A stretch of DNA of 64,000 nt, taken from positions 20,286,464 to 20,350,463 of the forward strand of contig NC_043011.1 in NCBI RefSeq assembly GCF_006345805.1, written 5' to 3'. The position numbers were made by a program, and so were the translations under genes. The DNA comes from Octopus sinensis (Eukaryota). The notes beneath the pieces are model-generated. The model did no database searches, was not told the origin of the DNA, and was given only the letters and a program-made list of their open reading frames with translations. Of the stretch, positions 12,900 to 25,511 are shown piece after piece (position 1 is the first letter of the stretch; every line of letters starts with the position of its first letter).

Positions 12900-13182
12900 T
12901 TAGATAAAGATATACCTGTGTATATATACACATACATACATATGCGTACATATATACGTGTATGCATATGGATGTATATACATATAAATATATGTGTGTG
13001 TGTATTTGTATATATATATATATGCATATATATATATATATATATATGCATATATATATATATATATGCATATATAAAAATATATATATGCATATATATA
13101 TATATATGTATATATATACATACATATATATATATATGTATATATATATACATACATATATATATATATATGTATATATAAC

Positions 13183-13217
<35 letters not shown>

Positions 13218-13266
13218 CATACATATATATATATATTATATATATATATATACTATATATATATAT

Positions 13267-13314
<48 letters not shown>

Positions 13315-13354
13315 CATACATACATATATATATATACATACAATATATATATAT

Positions 13355-13392
<38 letters not shown>
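12900..13392. repeat. Compound (TA)n/(TACA)n microsatellite
   Basis: Direct reading. Confidence 0.95.
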
Positions 13393-13690
13393 CGTTTAAA
13401 TATTTGTTGTGCAAGATTTTTTACGTGAAGTCGTGTGTTGAAACAGATATTGTTATATTTCGGAATGGTCATATTGCCAGTTTAGCCAATAAAAACACAC
13501 GCACTATATATTTGGTGTTATTTTGCTTCAGTGATATTTATTTTTTACATTAATCTTAATCTTATTTCGGCCAAAGTTCTTTCGTCACACTCCTGTGACC
13601 GCATCACTGGTCCTTTGTTTTCTTCTCACTTATTTGTGTCTCTCCTTACTAACCGTCAGCCATTTTGTAAGAGAAATATCTGAGTGCAAA
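13393..13690 (-). mobile_element. Penelope-like terminal-repeat fragment (tentative)
   Basis: Abuts (TA)n; minus-strand gtgatgc-g-gtcac(aggagt)gtgac-gaaa hammerhead-like motif; family assignment is inference. Confidence 0.4.
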
Positions 13691-13695
13691 ATCTG

Positions 13696-13939
13696 AGTGG
13701 ATTTGGTAGACGGAAACTGAAAGAAGCCTGTCGTATATATGTATATATGTGTATATGTGTGTGTGTTTGTGTGTCTGTGTTTGTCCCCCTAGCATTGCTT
13801 GACAACCGATGCTGGTGTGTTTACGTCCCCGTCACTTAGCGGTTCGGCAAAAAGAGACCGATAGAATAAGTACTAAAAGGTGGTGCTCCAGCATGGCCGC
13901 AGTCAAAATGACTGAAACAAGTAAAAGAGTAAAAGAGTA
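13696..13939 (+). mobile_element. SINE family A, 3' two-thirds
   Basis: gagtggatttggtagacggaaactgaaagaagcc + internal microsatellite + acttagcggttcggcaaa...catggccgcagtc + (taaaagag)n tail. Confidence 0.9.
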
Positions 13940-13979
13940 TTGATATTGATATTATTATTAATAAATGATATAATAATGT

Positions 13980-14582
13980 AGGTGGCTAGTTAACAAAAAG
14001 CCAAAAGGCTAATTTATAAACAAGAGTACTAGATAGCACCAGCGTTTCTAGAAATTAGAGTCAAAGGTGTCTCAATTAGCCACAATAGCACAATAGCACT
14101 ATTAGCCACAATAGCACAATTAGCCACAATAGCACAATTAGCCACAATAGCACTAAAAGTAATAAACTGACGAGATCAGGGGAACGAGAAAAATAGCCAA
14201 CATACCAAAGTGAGGGACATTCGCAAATGAAATTGCAGATATAACCATACCACGTGAGATTTTGCACTCAGATATTTCTCTTAGTTCTCCTCAGTGGCTC
14301 TTGCTGCCCGGGGTTAAAAGGTTACTTGCCTCATACAAGCTTCTTAAAACCGTTAAAGGTTAACGCCAAATTCGAACAGTAGTGGTGTATATAATTATAA
14401 ATAATATTATTGTTAATAAATAATAACATTATATGTGGCTAGTTAGCAAAAAAAAAAAAGGCAAATTTATAAACAAAGGTACCAGATAGCACCGGCGTTG
14501 CTAGAAATAAATCTCAAAAGCGACTGAATTCGCCACAAGAGCACTAAAAGTTAACAAGCTGACGAAATCGGGGAAACGAGAG
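13980..14582 (+). repeat. Local direct duplication (~170 bp) with 18-bp minisatellite in first copy
   Basis: 13980-14190 and 14433-14582 share gtggctagtt...tttataaacaa...agatagcacc...gcactaaaagt...ctgacga; unit aattagccacaatagcac about 4x in copy 1. Confidence 0.85.
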
Positions 14583-14622
14583 AAAAAAAAACGGATAATA
14601 AACTACAGATTTTTTTCTGTAG

Positions 14623-15042
14623 TATTTTTACTTGACGACACACGTGGATGGATAGGGGAAGGGGATGAACCTCATTCGTATATTTTGAATTTGACGGTCA
14701 TGGACGTTGAATATGATGTGTCTGATACTGTTAGTTGGAGAGGTATATTCAATTCTTCCAGTGCCTTCGGATTTAATATTGTGAAGTCCGATGCTGAAGA
14801 GGAAAATATTTGGGTAAAGTATAAATTCTACATTCTTTATACCGATCTAATTCCGAAAAGCGTCCATGGGTAATCAAATACCGATTGATTTTCTTTATTT
14901 TTCCTCTCTGTTTGTGTGGGTTGTTTTGAGTACTTTGTTTTTGTCCGGGAGTCTCTTCTTAAAGTAGAAGAAATAGCTAAGGTTCTTTGGCTGCTATTTC
15001 TAAACTTTGGTATGTGGTAAAGCAAATCTTTGCTGAACCCTA

Positions 15043-15045
<3 letters not shown>
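14623..15045 (+). repeat. Unclassified interspersed repeat, copy 1 (exon-like open frame 14623-14813)
   Basis: Colinear by eye with 60430-60845 (cacgtggatgga, tttgaatttg, cttaaagtag, gctatttctaaa, ccctaatt then (TA)n). Confidence 0.75.
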
Positions 15046-15114
<69 letters not shown>

Positions 15115-15115
<1 letters not shown>

Positions 15116-15290
15116 AAAATAAAAAAAGACGAAGAACGCAAGAAAAACAACAACACGAGGACGTGGTACATGCAAAGTATTAGCAGACGCTAAAGGAAAG
15201 AAAGAAAGGCAGTTTTACGTTTCGAGTAAAGTTCTTCGTCAGAAACAAGAGACAGAGGAAAGTGCAAGAGAAAAGGAAGACGGAGGAAAA
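15115..15290 (-). mobile_element. Penelope-like tail with minimal hammerhead motif
   Basis: Minus strand GTTT-CTGACGA-A-GAACTTTACTC-GAAAC-GTA-AAAC; abuts (TA)n. Confidence 0.6.
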
Positions 15291-15624
15291 TAAATCGCCA
15301 ACGATCCACATGTGGTTACACAGTTCAATGCCAAGCACAATTTTGTTGGATCCAATAGAATTAAGGTATTTTAGTAATAAGAACATCAAAGTAGAGACAA
15401 AGACAGCATGCCCGTGTATCAACAGAGTGTGCGGACACTCACGTATTTATAGAGTATTTACGAATTTGTCCTTCCAGTTACGCATACATTCACATGTACA
15501 AACCTGGTACACTTAACGTATACGTAAAATCACACAGATACTCAGTCATCCAGTCCATACTCCACTGTAGGGTAAAGATCCAACGCAAGGTAGATTCCGA
15601 GTGTGGGGCAGTATAAACGATAAT

Positions 15625-15985
15625 GCAAATAAGCCGAAGTTCACTACAGCTGTATCAGACGTATTTTTCTATTGATAAATGAATTAAATACATCATGTAA
15701 AGACCCGTTTTCTTCAGGTGAATCAAAATTAAAATAAAATTTAATATTTAGAATTTTTCGCACAAAAAGTATAGAATGTGCAATGATTCTTTCTTCTCTC
15801 AGCTGGCACCGAGATGAAAGAGTCCATAAGCATTTTATAATTTCTGTGTGAAAAATCCAAAATGTTAAATTTTGTTTCGATCTTAAATCAACTCAAGAAA
15901 AAATTGTTTTTTTTTACATGATGTAAATGATTTGTTCATCAATAAAAACTCGTCTGAAACAGCTGTAGTCAATTTCAGCCCATTT
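15625..15985. mobile_element. MITE with ~40-bp imperfect TIRs
   Basis: caaataagccgaagttcactacagctgtatcagacg vs reverse complement of cgtctgaaacagctgtagtcaatttcagcccatttg. Confidence 0.7.
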
Positions 15986-16468
15986 GTGTTATGTATGTAT
16001 GTATGTATGTATGTATGTATGTATGTATGTATGTATGTGTGTGTGTGTGTGTGTGTGGTGTGTGTGTGTGTATGTATGTATGTATGTATGTATGTATGTA
16101 TGTTGTTTGTATGTACGTATGTATGTATTTAAATTTGAACTACTACTATTCTATTTTCATGCTGTGGAAATATAATAAACTGGCCAGCTGATAAAACATG
16201 CCTTCTCTTTCTCAGGCTCAAGTACAACATGACGTCTGTTTACAATAAAAGAAATAGGTCTTTGAAAGAAACAAACAAAAATGAGAGGTCACCGGCTATG
16301 AGAAAACACAAGAAATGATGAGAAAACGGTAAAGGCGGGAAGTGGAATGAAAAAAAAGAGAAAAGAGAAAAGAAAGCGAAAAAGAAAACTCGTGGGTTGC
16401 GTCCTTTTGTCCGTTCAAATCAAAATTAATATGGATAGTGTTCGAGTCAGAGGTAATGTGGTTGTCGT

Positions 16469-16611
16469 GTGCAGGAGTGGCTGTGTGGTAAGTAGCTTGC
16501 TTGCCAACCACATGGTTCCGAGTTAAGTCCCACTGCGTGACACCTACTATAGCCTCAGGCCGACCAAAGCCTTGTGAGTGAATTTGGTAAACGGAAACTG
16601 AAAGAAGCCCG

Positions 16612-16661
<50 letters not shown>

Positions 16662-16843
16662 GTGTCTGTGTTTATCTTCCTCCCCCTCCCCAACATCGCT
16701 TGATATCCGGTGCGACTGTGTTTACGTCCCCGTACTTAGCGGTTCGGCAAAAGATACCGATAGAATAAGTACTAGGCATACGAAGAAAAAGTCCTGGAGT
16801 CGATTTGCTCGACTAAAGGTGGTGCTCCAGCATGGCCGCAGTC
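16469..16843 (+). mobile_element. SINE family A, near full length
   Basis: Head gcaggagtggctgtgtggtaagtagcttgc (A/B boxes), internal (TA)n, 3' body. Confidence 0.92.
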
Positions 16844-16919
16844 GAGGAGGTCAAAGTCTGTGAGACTCCATGTTTAATCTATGATGCTCGTATGACTATT
16901 AGGCTCGTTTGTGACGATG

Positions 16920-17160
16920 ACAGTGAGAAGGATGGGGAGAAAGAGGATGGTTAGGTGGTTGGGGAGAGGAGGAGAAGGATGGTGACGAGGAGGGGGAGGA
17001 GGAAGAGAAGGATGGAGATAAAGGAGGTGAGGGAACGAGAGGAGCAGGGAAGAAAAGAGGGGTGAAGAGGCGGAGAGGAGCATGGGGAACGAGGACGGCT
17101 AAGACGGAGAGGGGATGAGGACAAGGATGAGGACGCGGACGACAAGGATGAAGGCAGTCA
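16920..17160. repeat. Purine-rich (GGA/GAG) low-complexity tract
   Basis: Direct reading. Confidence 0.8.
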
Positions 17161-17399
17161 TCCATCCTCTTTCAAAACGTTTATCTTTGATCCAACGTAA
17201 AAAGGTAACACAATATTGAAATGACTCTCGTCAAAGCCTATGAAACACTCGTCAATTCATTGCAACTGCTACTGCTTCCACCACCGTCTACGAGTAATTA
17301 AGATACTGAACTGACGCAGGGACAAATGGCAAGTAAAGTCAACCTTGATGGAATTTTAACTCTGGACATTGTTGTTGTTATTACCGCTGCTGTCTTCTT

Positions 17400-17878
17400 G
17401 AACTTCTAATCAGGATTCACGCCATTAGCCACAAAGAATAATCTATAATTCGAGCATACTCTAAGCTACTAAGTGTGTGACAACTTGGAGATCCACCCAC
17501 CACACGCGATAGACTGGCAAATGCACGGGCGCGAAAGCTTTGTTGTTATCCTCATTCTGTAAACGGTGGCTTTTAACGGGTGGAGAGCTGAACCATCCTG
17601 GGGTACAGAGGATTCGCAATCTAGACTAGGGTCTGAAAGTTTACCACACCATAGTGGGTTACACTATGGTTCCTCTGCTTTGTGGCAGAAGTAGGAAGAA
17701 AGAGTGAAAGTTGTGATGAAAGAGTACAGCAGGGCTCACCACCAACACCCGCCGCAGCCTCGTTGAGCTTAAGTGTTTTTGCTCAATAAACACTCACAAT
17801 GCCCGGTCTGGGAATCGAAACCGCGTTCTTACGACCGCGAGTCTGCTGCCCTAACCACTGGGCCATTGCGCCTCCATT
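17400..17878 (-). mobile_element. SINE family D (tRNA head ggaggcgcaatggcccagtggttaggg)
   Basis: A box, B box gtttcgattccc; body related to 40042-40350; may correspond to published octopus OR-type SINEs (unverified). Confidence 0.8.
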
Positions 17879-17935
17879 GGCGTTGTTGCTACTGTTGTCC
17901 TCAACGCTGTTACCATTGTGTGTTGATGTTGTAGT

Positions 17936-17985
17936 CAACGTTGTCAAGAGGTGGTGGGATCAAACACATACAGAAACACACATAC

Positions 17986-18022
<37 letters not shown>

Positions 18023-18025
18023 ATA

Positions 18026-18063
<38 letters not shown>

Positions 18064-18380
18064 GAAATATTAAAATTACTAAGTCTCTCTAAAAGAGAAT
18101 AACGGCAGTGTTTCCGGAAAATAATAGTTATCGCCATACTAATATGGCATTCTTATAAAAATAAGAATAAAGCTGTCCACTTATTAGCTCCATGAGGCCA
18201 TCGCCTTAAGTTACCTATTTGATACACAAACTGTATCCATATAACCTTCGAACAAGGGAGGTCAGTCGCTCCACACTACTTGACCGGCAGCTACAGACGC
18301 GTTTCGGGGTATTGCCCCTTTTCAATGCAGCGTAGCCAGACCAGTAGGTGTCGCTTCTGACAATCTCTGTTCGAAGGTTT

Positions 18381-18448
<68 letters not shown>

Positions 18449-18519
18449 GTATGTATGTGTGTGTGTGTGTGTGTGTGTTTCTGTATGTGTTTGTTCCCCA
18501 CCACCTCTTGACAACGTTG
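17936..18519. repeat. Inverted repeat (45-bp unique arms plus TA tracts) around ~320-bp spacer
   Basis: caacgttgtcaagaggtggtgggatcaaacacatacagaaacaca at 17936; its reverse complement ends at 18519. Confidence 0.85.
18080..18380 (-). mobile_element. Penelope-like fragment with hammerhead relic
   Basis: Minus strand ctgca-ttgaaaa-gggg(caata)cccc-gaaacgcgtc-tgtag; 12-bp IR aaccttcgaaca/tgttcgaaggtt. Confidence 0.55.
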
Positions 18520-18720
18520 TTTCGAGATGCATAAATTTAATGGTTATCGACAATTTTTTGTTTTCGGCGTATCTGGCATTAGAATTTTTCTTCTGCCCTT
18601 ATCTTGTAAATTATGTATAAATTTTACCTTTAAAGACATTTTTTGATATGCTGGCCATTGATAAAAAATTTTTCCCGAAAAAATTTTATCCTATATCAAT
18701 TATATATATATATATATATA

Positions 18721-18878
18721 CAGGCGTCTTTCAGTTTCCATCTACAAAATCCACTCACAAGGCTTTAGTCGGCCTGAGGCCTTAGTAGAGGACACCTGCC
18801 CAAGGTGCCAGGCAGTGGGACTGAACCTAGAACCACGTGGTTGGGAAGCAAACCTCTTACCACACAGCCACACCTGTG
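18721..18878 (-). mobile_element. SINE family A head fragment
   Basis: Reverse complement of tRNA-like head and start of body. Confidence 0.85.
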
Positions 18879-20199
18879 CTTATCGCCGAATGTTTAAGAA
18901 GTTAGCTTCACAATCACTGGGTACCGTGTTCGATACTGTTACGTAGCGTCTTGTGCAGGTGTCTTTTATCACAACTTCAGGTCAAACCAAGTTTTATGAG
19001 TGAAACTGCAGAGAGGGGAAACTGTTAGGAAGCCCATGTGATTGACTATACCAGTAATTCAAACATATAGACACTGTTATACACTGCCATAGTGATTCAG
19101 CTGAAGAATTACGTTATGAATACACAGGTTGACCGACTACTCAGACACTTATAAGTTAGTTTTATGGTTAAGTAATTCAGTTGTTCAGAAACTGAGTACT
19201 AATCGTTAAAACCGATGAAAATCCATCTACAGTGGGCAACTGTTTGATTTATTCCATTGCATAAAGTATATTCCTTTCTTCAGGCACTATATGGAGATAT
19301 AGGATTATTTCTAAATATTGGCTGAGGTGCTTTCTGTTCGTGTGAGCACTAGGTGATTTTATTCTCATGAGCAGCATCCTGCTTACATTGCAATAATTTG
19401 TATTGCTTTTTGGTTTTGGTTTTGTAGTTTTTTTTGTTTTTTTTTTTGCTTGTTTGTTTTTGTTTTACTAGAAGAGAAGAATTGGCAACCAAACCATTCT
19501 TAGTATATTGCTAATACTTAACTTATCGACTCCTTAACGGTTGGAAGGTTGAAATTGCTGTCAGTGGATCTTGCATTTAACCGTTTAAGATACTTAAGGC
19601 GTTACTATAAGACTAACAACACAAGTGCATTTCTCCACACAAAATCACACACATACAAGTACGCGGACGCACGCGCACACATACACACACACACACGCAC
19701 GCACGCACGCACGCACACAAACACACACACACACACACACGCGCGCACGCACGCACACGCACACTTTTGATTAGAGACACAGAAACACATACGTATCTAA
19801 AAATGAACTCGTATACATACCAACATTAATACATATATAGATAGAAAGGGAGAGTTCTAGTTAGAGATTGAGATTAGCAGGTGGATGCTCTTTTCAGAGT
19901 AGAGCTTAGTTAGAGCCATTTCTCATCCATGTCAGTTCTTGAGTTACTGGCTGTCGTTGAAGAATTCAATTTGCCACACTGTTAAGTTTGCAGTAAACTG
20001 AACCTCTTAATATGTGATGTTCGTACACGTCATAAGTGATTTTTTATTTCCCACAAGGGGACAACATAGGTAAGGAACAATACAATCTGATTGGGGTCAG
20101 ATGGACGGATGGATATAACATAAAGATGACATTAAAATTCACAAAAATATAAATAAATCGAATGCTACGATAGACTGGAAGACATTACGGATGGAGTGG

Positions 20200-20700
20200 G
20201 AAGGCGGGTTCAATTCGGACCCACAAGCCCACGAGCCTCGCCTGGCCACTGATACCTGAGATACGTCCTGCATCACATTCATGAGGTTACATTCACTCGC
20301 AACATCCGTGCTACATTCTTCCATCGATTTTCAGACATTTTTAGTCAGGCATTTTCTCTCTAGCCCTATCTTCCTTTTAAGGTGAAAGGTGAAATAGTTT
20401 ACCAAGTTACGGCCGGCGATGAAAGTGCCTGACTTTAAATCCTTTCTGTCTCGTCTTCCAGATCACCTCTCTCGCAATTTCCAATACAATGAAAAAACTA
20501 TTCTTACCTTCTTTCGAAAGGAAATCAGGCGGGTCAATTTTTACTATAGACACAGTCGATAGTTGTACTCTTCGAGTACTCGACAACAGTTGTTCGGCAT
20601 TACTACCTTTGTCAGTATCATGCAATAATCTGGTAACTCTCAGCTCGCTCCTTTTGCAAAAACTAGCAGAATATCTTAGTAATACACCCGACTGACCATA
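20200..20700 (-). mobile_element. Tx1/L1-type LINE 3' ORF2 relic
   Basis: AEQLLSSTRRVQLSTVSIVKIDPP...FFIVLEIAREVIWKTRQKGFK; related to 24385-24720; clade from recall. Confidence 0.6.
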
Positions 20701-22002
20701 GTATATAGTCAGTATGATGAAAGTCTTTAAATCAGGGATGCAATTTTGATATCCTGCTTTTGTTTTGCTGCTTGTAAAATTTTGTTATAATAGAGCGTCA
20801 CACAGAGAAAGGAATCTAATGCTATTGTTAGTTTTCCCAACACTTTAGTTCCCGATCGCTTTTGTTATTTTATCTATTGTTATTCTTGAATTAACGTTAT
20901 CCTATAGCACGCCTTTCTTGTATATTTGTATATTTTAGATATGTAAAGAGCAAATGCGGCTAATACTCAATGCTATCTGCCAACGACGATGCGCTGTTTC
21001 ACTGGCTACAGTTCTGACTTGACGCTTCCAGAACAGTGAGACTTGCTCCGGACACCAAACTATCACCATCAGAATTTCTAGGGATCCAAGATCTTAGATC
21101 CACATTGCAGGAAAATATGTATATGTCGTGAGGCTTCGTAGAAGAGTCAGATATGTGTATTTGTGAGGGTCATTATCTTCATCGTGAATAAGAATTAACT
21201 TGTGGTAACGAAGATCTAAGACGACTTCTATCTTTGCCTTATTGCATAAGATTACAAGAATTCTAATCTGCTGGAAAATGCCATAAATTTGATATTCACA
21301 ATTGTTTTCTCTCAGGAAAAGGCTAAGGTGTGCTCCCAATCGATCTTGTCTTTCTAGATATAACCACAACACAACAAGGAAAACATATACAATAAGCTGC
21401 TTTTCAGTTCACAACTAACGAACAACAAAAATCTGTAAACAAGGTTACAAGCACTACCGCACTAGCTCAGCGAGTTCATTGACTGATAAATGCCAGGCCT
21501 CCCTAAAGTATGTTAGTGAAATTATGTAGAGTACTCTCCAAGCAGTTGTTGTTTCTTCGCCCTGATGTTGGTCAAGTTTAAAAAGTTACAAACTCTAATT
21601 TTATTATATACGGCATTTTGTCCACCCTTTTTCAAACCTTAGAGCCGCCATCCCGCTTAAGAAACATTGCACTGGACACACCACATCACTTTATATATGT
21701 GTGTGTGTGCATGTATCTGTATACATATTATATACATGCACACACACACACACACACCACCACATACATATATATATGAGAAAACAAAAACTGGAACAAG
21801 AATTTAACAGGCGGCAACAAAACATCCGGGCAATTAGACGATACAAAAAAGGACAGGAAAAAACAAGGACGGGTCATTCGGAGCTTCCTATCCTCAATCG
21901 AGTATCTTGGCAGTTTCGGCCGTTGTCGCATTTTGTATTTATATATATATATATATAGCGGCGTACGTACACTTTGTTCTCTTATATATATATATATATA
22001 TT

Positions 22003-22040
<38 letters not shown>

Positions 22041-22043
22041 GTG

Positions 22044-22080
<37 letters not shown>

Positions 22081-22216
22081 TTGTATGTATGTATACAGAG
22101 AGAGAGAGAGAGAGATCTGTGTGTCTGTGTCTGTGTCTCTCTCTGTGTATGTGTGCACATACACACACTACATACTAAATACCTCTATGTATAATCATAT
22201 ACATACTTAAGAGAAC

Positions 22217-22492
<276 letters not shown>

Positions 22493-23471
22493 CAGAAGCT
22501 GATTATCCGGCGACTAACGGTTGTAGCTAAGTTGAAAGCATTTTCCCGTGTAACCGCTCCTACTCCGCCTCTCGCCATCCCCACACGCCAGAAACACTCA
22601 ACGGGTAAACACATATACATATATATACACCTACATACATACATACATATACACATAGACAAAATAAATTTCCGCCAGCTTCATAGATTCTATGGCGCCA
22701 AATCAGCTCTGACTCTTCTGATAAACCCATTCCTTTATTAGGCAATCAATTCTTTCTTTAAGAACTTCGTTTCACTTTCATTTTCTTACGCATTCCTTTG
22801 TTATATTTCCCCGGTTTTATTTTTTTTCACTCTTAACTTTTTCTACTTTTATTTTCATTGTATCCTTTTGTGATGTGTATTTATTGTTTATAGGTGTTTG
22901 TGTGTGCGTGTATGTGTGAGTGTGCTTCTTCACGTAAACGAGTAGATGTGTGTGTTTTTATGTACGTGTATGTCTGTGAGTTTGGGTGCCTGTGTCTCTT
23001 AGTATGTATGTAAGTTTATTTGTATATATACATGCGTGTATGTGATTACGTATATGGAGATAGTGCTTTTTTTTTGTATAATATATTTTTGGCTCTACGT
23101 GTGCGTGTGTACTTGTATATATATATATATATATATATATATGCATTTGTAAAAATGCAGAAGTACGTAAATATGTACGTATATTGTGTACGTATGCACG
23201 TATCCATATATGTATATACTTATATACATACACAAATGTATATATATATATATGTGTGTGTGTGTATGCACGCACATAAACACACATACATGTACATATA
23301 TGTATGCGTATGTGCAGGCCTGTGGGTATGAATTAATGTACGGTCGTTTGTATGTACGTACACGTGTATATATATGCGTGTATGAACATACGTATATGTG
23401 TATATGAATACATATACATATATGCAAATACATATATGTAAATAACACACACACACACACACATATATATA

Positions 23472-23505
<34 letters not shown>

Positions 23506-24384
23506 TATGTATATATGCTATGCTGGGTTTTAGGGTTTGTTGCTATAGTCTGGATGCGTTTCTTTATAATCACATTTCATTTTTGCATTCTTTCTTTCTT
23601 CTTCCAAATTATTTTTAACCGAAATTGCGAAATATATTCTTTTGTTGTTGATGATAATGACGTTGCTGTTGTTGTTATTGTTGTTGTTGTTGCTGTGGTG
23701 ATGGTGGTAGTGGTGGTGGTGGTGGTGGTGGTTTTGGTGGTGGTTACTAATGTTGGTACAGTTGTTGCAGTTATGTTTGTAGATATTGTTGGTGATGTAG
23801 TTTTTTTATTACTACCGTTCTTACTGCTGCTATTGTTGTTGATCTTCTTGATGTTGTTGTTGTTGTTGTTGTATACATTCTTATTGAGGACCCTGTTGTT
23901 AGCTTAGCTTTGTTGTTGCTGTTCCTGTTCCTGTTGTTGATAACGTTATTAACGTTGGCTTCGTCGTTGTTCTTGTTGCTCGTCTACGAGTTTTTTTAAA
24001 GTGGTATTGATGTTGTTAATTACGGTGGTGTTGATGGTATAAGTGGTGGTGGTGGTGGTGGTGGTGTTATTGTTATTGTTGTTGTTGTTGGTGATGGTGG
24101 TGGTGGCGGAGACGGTACATTATTCTTATTGTTTGCGATATTAAGAAATGTACTATTGTTTAAGTTGTTGTTGTTGTGGTTATTTTCGTCGTTAATGTTG
24201 TTACTGGTGGTGAGGGTACAATCGTTATCCTTATTGTTTATCTTATCCTTCCCGTTGTATTCTTTTGTTCGATTCTCATTGTTTTCTTGGTTCTTCTTAG
24301 TTTCTGCAATCTTCGCTATTGTTTACATTGTTTTTGCTAGTACTTTTACTGTTACTGTTCATAGTGTTGCCTTTATCCGTTATT

Positions 24385-25500
24385 TATTAATCTAAGACCG
24401 TCCAGCTTTGCCTTAGTTTTTATCTGACTGGGATCAAGCCTCAGCCCTTCAGCGTCTGGTGTAAGGGAGAACGTCAGGAAACTGACAAGAATTTCGCGAA
24501 AGAGGTGTGGAAGAGTCATCAATCCTTTGAAGCTTTCCCTTCTTGCCAACTCTTCCGCGGCCACCCCTCAGAGGAAGACTGCTTTTTACTTCTAGTCCAA
24601 AAGAAAGCAGCAGATCTGTCTTCAAGATGAACTTGTCAAATGTGGAATCCGTCTTACAGGTGAAAAAAAGCTATTAAACATAAGATCACAATTCAGTAAT
24701 GCTTGATCCTGAAAGAGAACACAAAGGACTATTTCTTATTTCTTTATTGCCCGCAAGAGGCTAAACACAGAGGGGACAAACAAGAACAGACAAAGGATTG
24801 TCGATTACATCGACCTCAGTACGTAACTGGTACTTAATTTATCGACCCCGAAATGATGAAAGGCAAAGTCGACCTCAGCGGAATTTGAATTCAGAACGTA
24901 GCGGCAGACGAAATGCTAAGCATTTCGCCCGGCGTGCCAACGTTTCTGCCAGCTCGCTGCCTTAGAACACAAAGGACTGTTTCGTCGCTTGTACGCGTCT
25001 AGAATAGTTATTTTGACGAGCATATAGCGCCTATAGAGTTCATCCCGATCATACAGTAACTCTTCGTTGCTCTAGGCCAGGGATTTTGCCATAATTCCTG
25101 AACCGAAAGTCTTCCTGTTAAAAAGCTGTCCAGTTAACTTTAGTCGACGACCCAGATCTCCCCGATAACATCATCGCACTTATCAACCGCTAATCCCCAA
25201 TAAAATGGAAGAGGTGGCCTACTGCAGACCGCGGGTTTACGTTCCGCTCATCAGATGGCTCATCTGCTCTGAATATTCTCTGAACAGAGGTTTCTCTATA
25301 CCCGCAGCTGATGATACATGAACCATAAGTGCAGCATCTGCTACCATTCCTGAAGAGTTGGTGTGTGTGATCGCTGATTTTGTGCATCTCTGCCTTAGTT
25401 CATCCCTTTGACGGAGTTGTAGCACTGGGTTAAACGGACAATATTGGTAGTCCAGTGTCTGGAATGTTGTCAGACGCTCACCGTTCTCTATAGCAATCGT
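24385..25500 (-). mobile_element. Tx1/L1-type LINE 3' relic interrupted by a SINE
   Basis: Fragments FYWGLAVDKCDDVIGEIW, KTFGSGIMAKSLA, DETVLCVL, KAVFL*GVAAEELARRESFKGL; many stops and frameshifts. Confidence 0.6.
24731..24963 (-). mobile_element. SINE family B monomer with 15-bp TSD
   Basis: TSD agaacacaaaggact at 24716-24730 and 24964-24978. Confidence 0.95.
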
Positions 25501-25511
25501 GCTATGCAGTC

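Noticed and set aside
14623-14813. Unique host exon (cadherin-like on either strand)
   Set aside because: A diverged, frameshifted homologue with shared downstream flank exists at 60430-60845, so it is treated as a repeat; no family motif confirmed
21860-21915. Further hammerhead-like motif (minus: ttgagga...ctcc-gaatgacccgtc)
   Set aside because: GAAU instead of GAAA, degenerate core and weak stem II
23515-24395. Hydrophobic membrane-protein-like ORFs
   Set aside because: Derived from GTT/GGT/TTG low-complexity tracts
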